Below are positions 63,263 to 64,000 of a stretch of 64,000 nt of DNA, one piece after another. The stretch comes from an uncultured Acidobacteriota bacterium (lineage in GTDB: Bacteria; Acidobacteriota; Vicinamibacteria; Vicinamibacterales; CAVVIG01). Location: positions 198,847 to 262,846 of the forward strand of contig CAVUXJ010000005.1 of NCBI GenBank assembly GCA_963745495.1, given 5' to 3'. Each line of letters starts with the position of its first letter. The stretch's first letter is position 1. Below the pieces are notes generated by a model. That model made no database searches and was not told where the DNA came from. It was given only the letters and a program-made list of their open reading frames with translations. A program made the translations under genes and the position numbers.

Positions 63263-64000
63263 CCTCCAAGCCGCTGCGTCAACCGGCCGATCAGCTGATT
63301 CCCGAGCTTGCGGGCTACCAGCGCCGGTTCTTGATTGCCGGCGGCGCTGCGGGCGCGGTATCGCTCGTCGGGCTGTTCACCAATCCGGCGCAGTTCTTCC
63401 AATCGTATCTGACGGCGTACATGTTCGTGCTGGGTGCGACGCTCGGCTGTCTCGCGCTCGGCATGATTCACCAGCTGTCGGGGGGCGCGTGGGGAATCGT
63501 CACCCGCCGGCTGATCGGGGCCGCCTCTCGCGTCCTGCCGGTCCTGACGCTGCTCTTCCTGCCGATCGCCTTCGGCATCGGCCATCTGTACGAATGGAGT
63601 CACGCCGACATCGTGGCGGCCGACGTGATTCTGCGCGGCAAGCAGGTCTACCTGAACACGCCGTTCTTTCTCGCGCGGGCCGCGGTCTACTTCCTCGCGT
63701 GGAACGCGCTGACGTACTTCCTCAACAGGTGGTCGCTCGAGCAGGATCGCAACCCCGATCCCCGCATCGCCCGTCGCATGCAGCGTCTGAGCGGCGGCGG
63801 GTTGCTCGTCTACGGGTTCACTGTCACGTTTGCGTCGTTCGACTGGCTCATGTCACTCGACCCGCACTGGTACTCGACGATCTACGGCGTGCTTCTCATG
63901 GGCGGTCAGGGCTTGACCGCGCTCGCCTTCCTCATCGTCGCGCTTGCATGGCTCAGCCGCCGCCAGCCGCTCGACGCCATCGTCGTACCCGGGCATTTCC
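63259..64000 (+). CDS. actF: Alternative complex III ActF membrane subunit (truncated by window end)
   Basis: Manual translation QFFQSYL...IHQLSGGAWG...YLN.PFF..R...DWLMSLDPHWYSTIYG. Confidence 0.88.
   Translation, partial: MTSKPLRQPADQLIPELAGYQRRFLIAGGAAGAVSLVGLFTNPAQFFQSYLTAYMFVLGATLGCLALGMIHQLSGGAWGIVTRRLIGAASRVLPVLTLLFLPIAFGIGHLYEWSHADIVAADVILRGKQVYLNTPFFLARAAVYFLAWNALTYFLNRWSLEQDRNPDPRIARRMQRLSGGGLLVYGFTVTFASFDWLMSLDPHWYSTIYGVLLMGGQGLTALAFLIVALAWLSRRQPLDAIVVPGHF

Overview
GC-rich bacterial window. Gene content (Oar-type TonB receptor, alternative complex III, DUF3500, Ku) suggests Acidobacteriota, probably Vicinamibacterales; this is inference only. Many single-base frameshifts, including several in polA, point to unpolished long-read assembly rather than mass pseudogenisation. 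The first 17.4 kb holds three tandem units of a Tat-exported PaoABC-like molybdenum hydroxylase. The 2Fe-2S and FAD subunits are almost identical at DNA level, while the catalytic Mo subunits diverge at active-site loops. Each unit has its own promoter, the units are separated by paralogous uncharacterised lipoproteins, and the array is followed by an FdnI-like cytochrome b, a hypothetical protein and a MetF-like protein. The rest is mostly housekeeping: beta-CASP nuclease, DPP III, malQ, DUF1015-serA-serC, desaturase, pcnB, polA, TBDR, ku, panG-like/panC/panB, peptidases, a halogenase-family flavoprotein, an MBOAT and actA-F. Intergenic spaces repeatedly carry degenerate 7-, 8- or 9-bp tandem arrays arranged as inverted arms, often fused to stop codons. 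There is also a 44-bp MITE-like element with a TGA target duplication. No rRNA, tRNA or CRISPR array was recognised.
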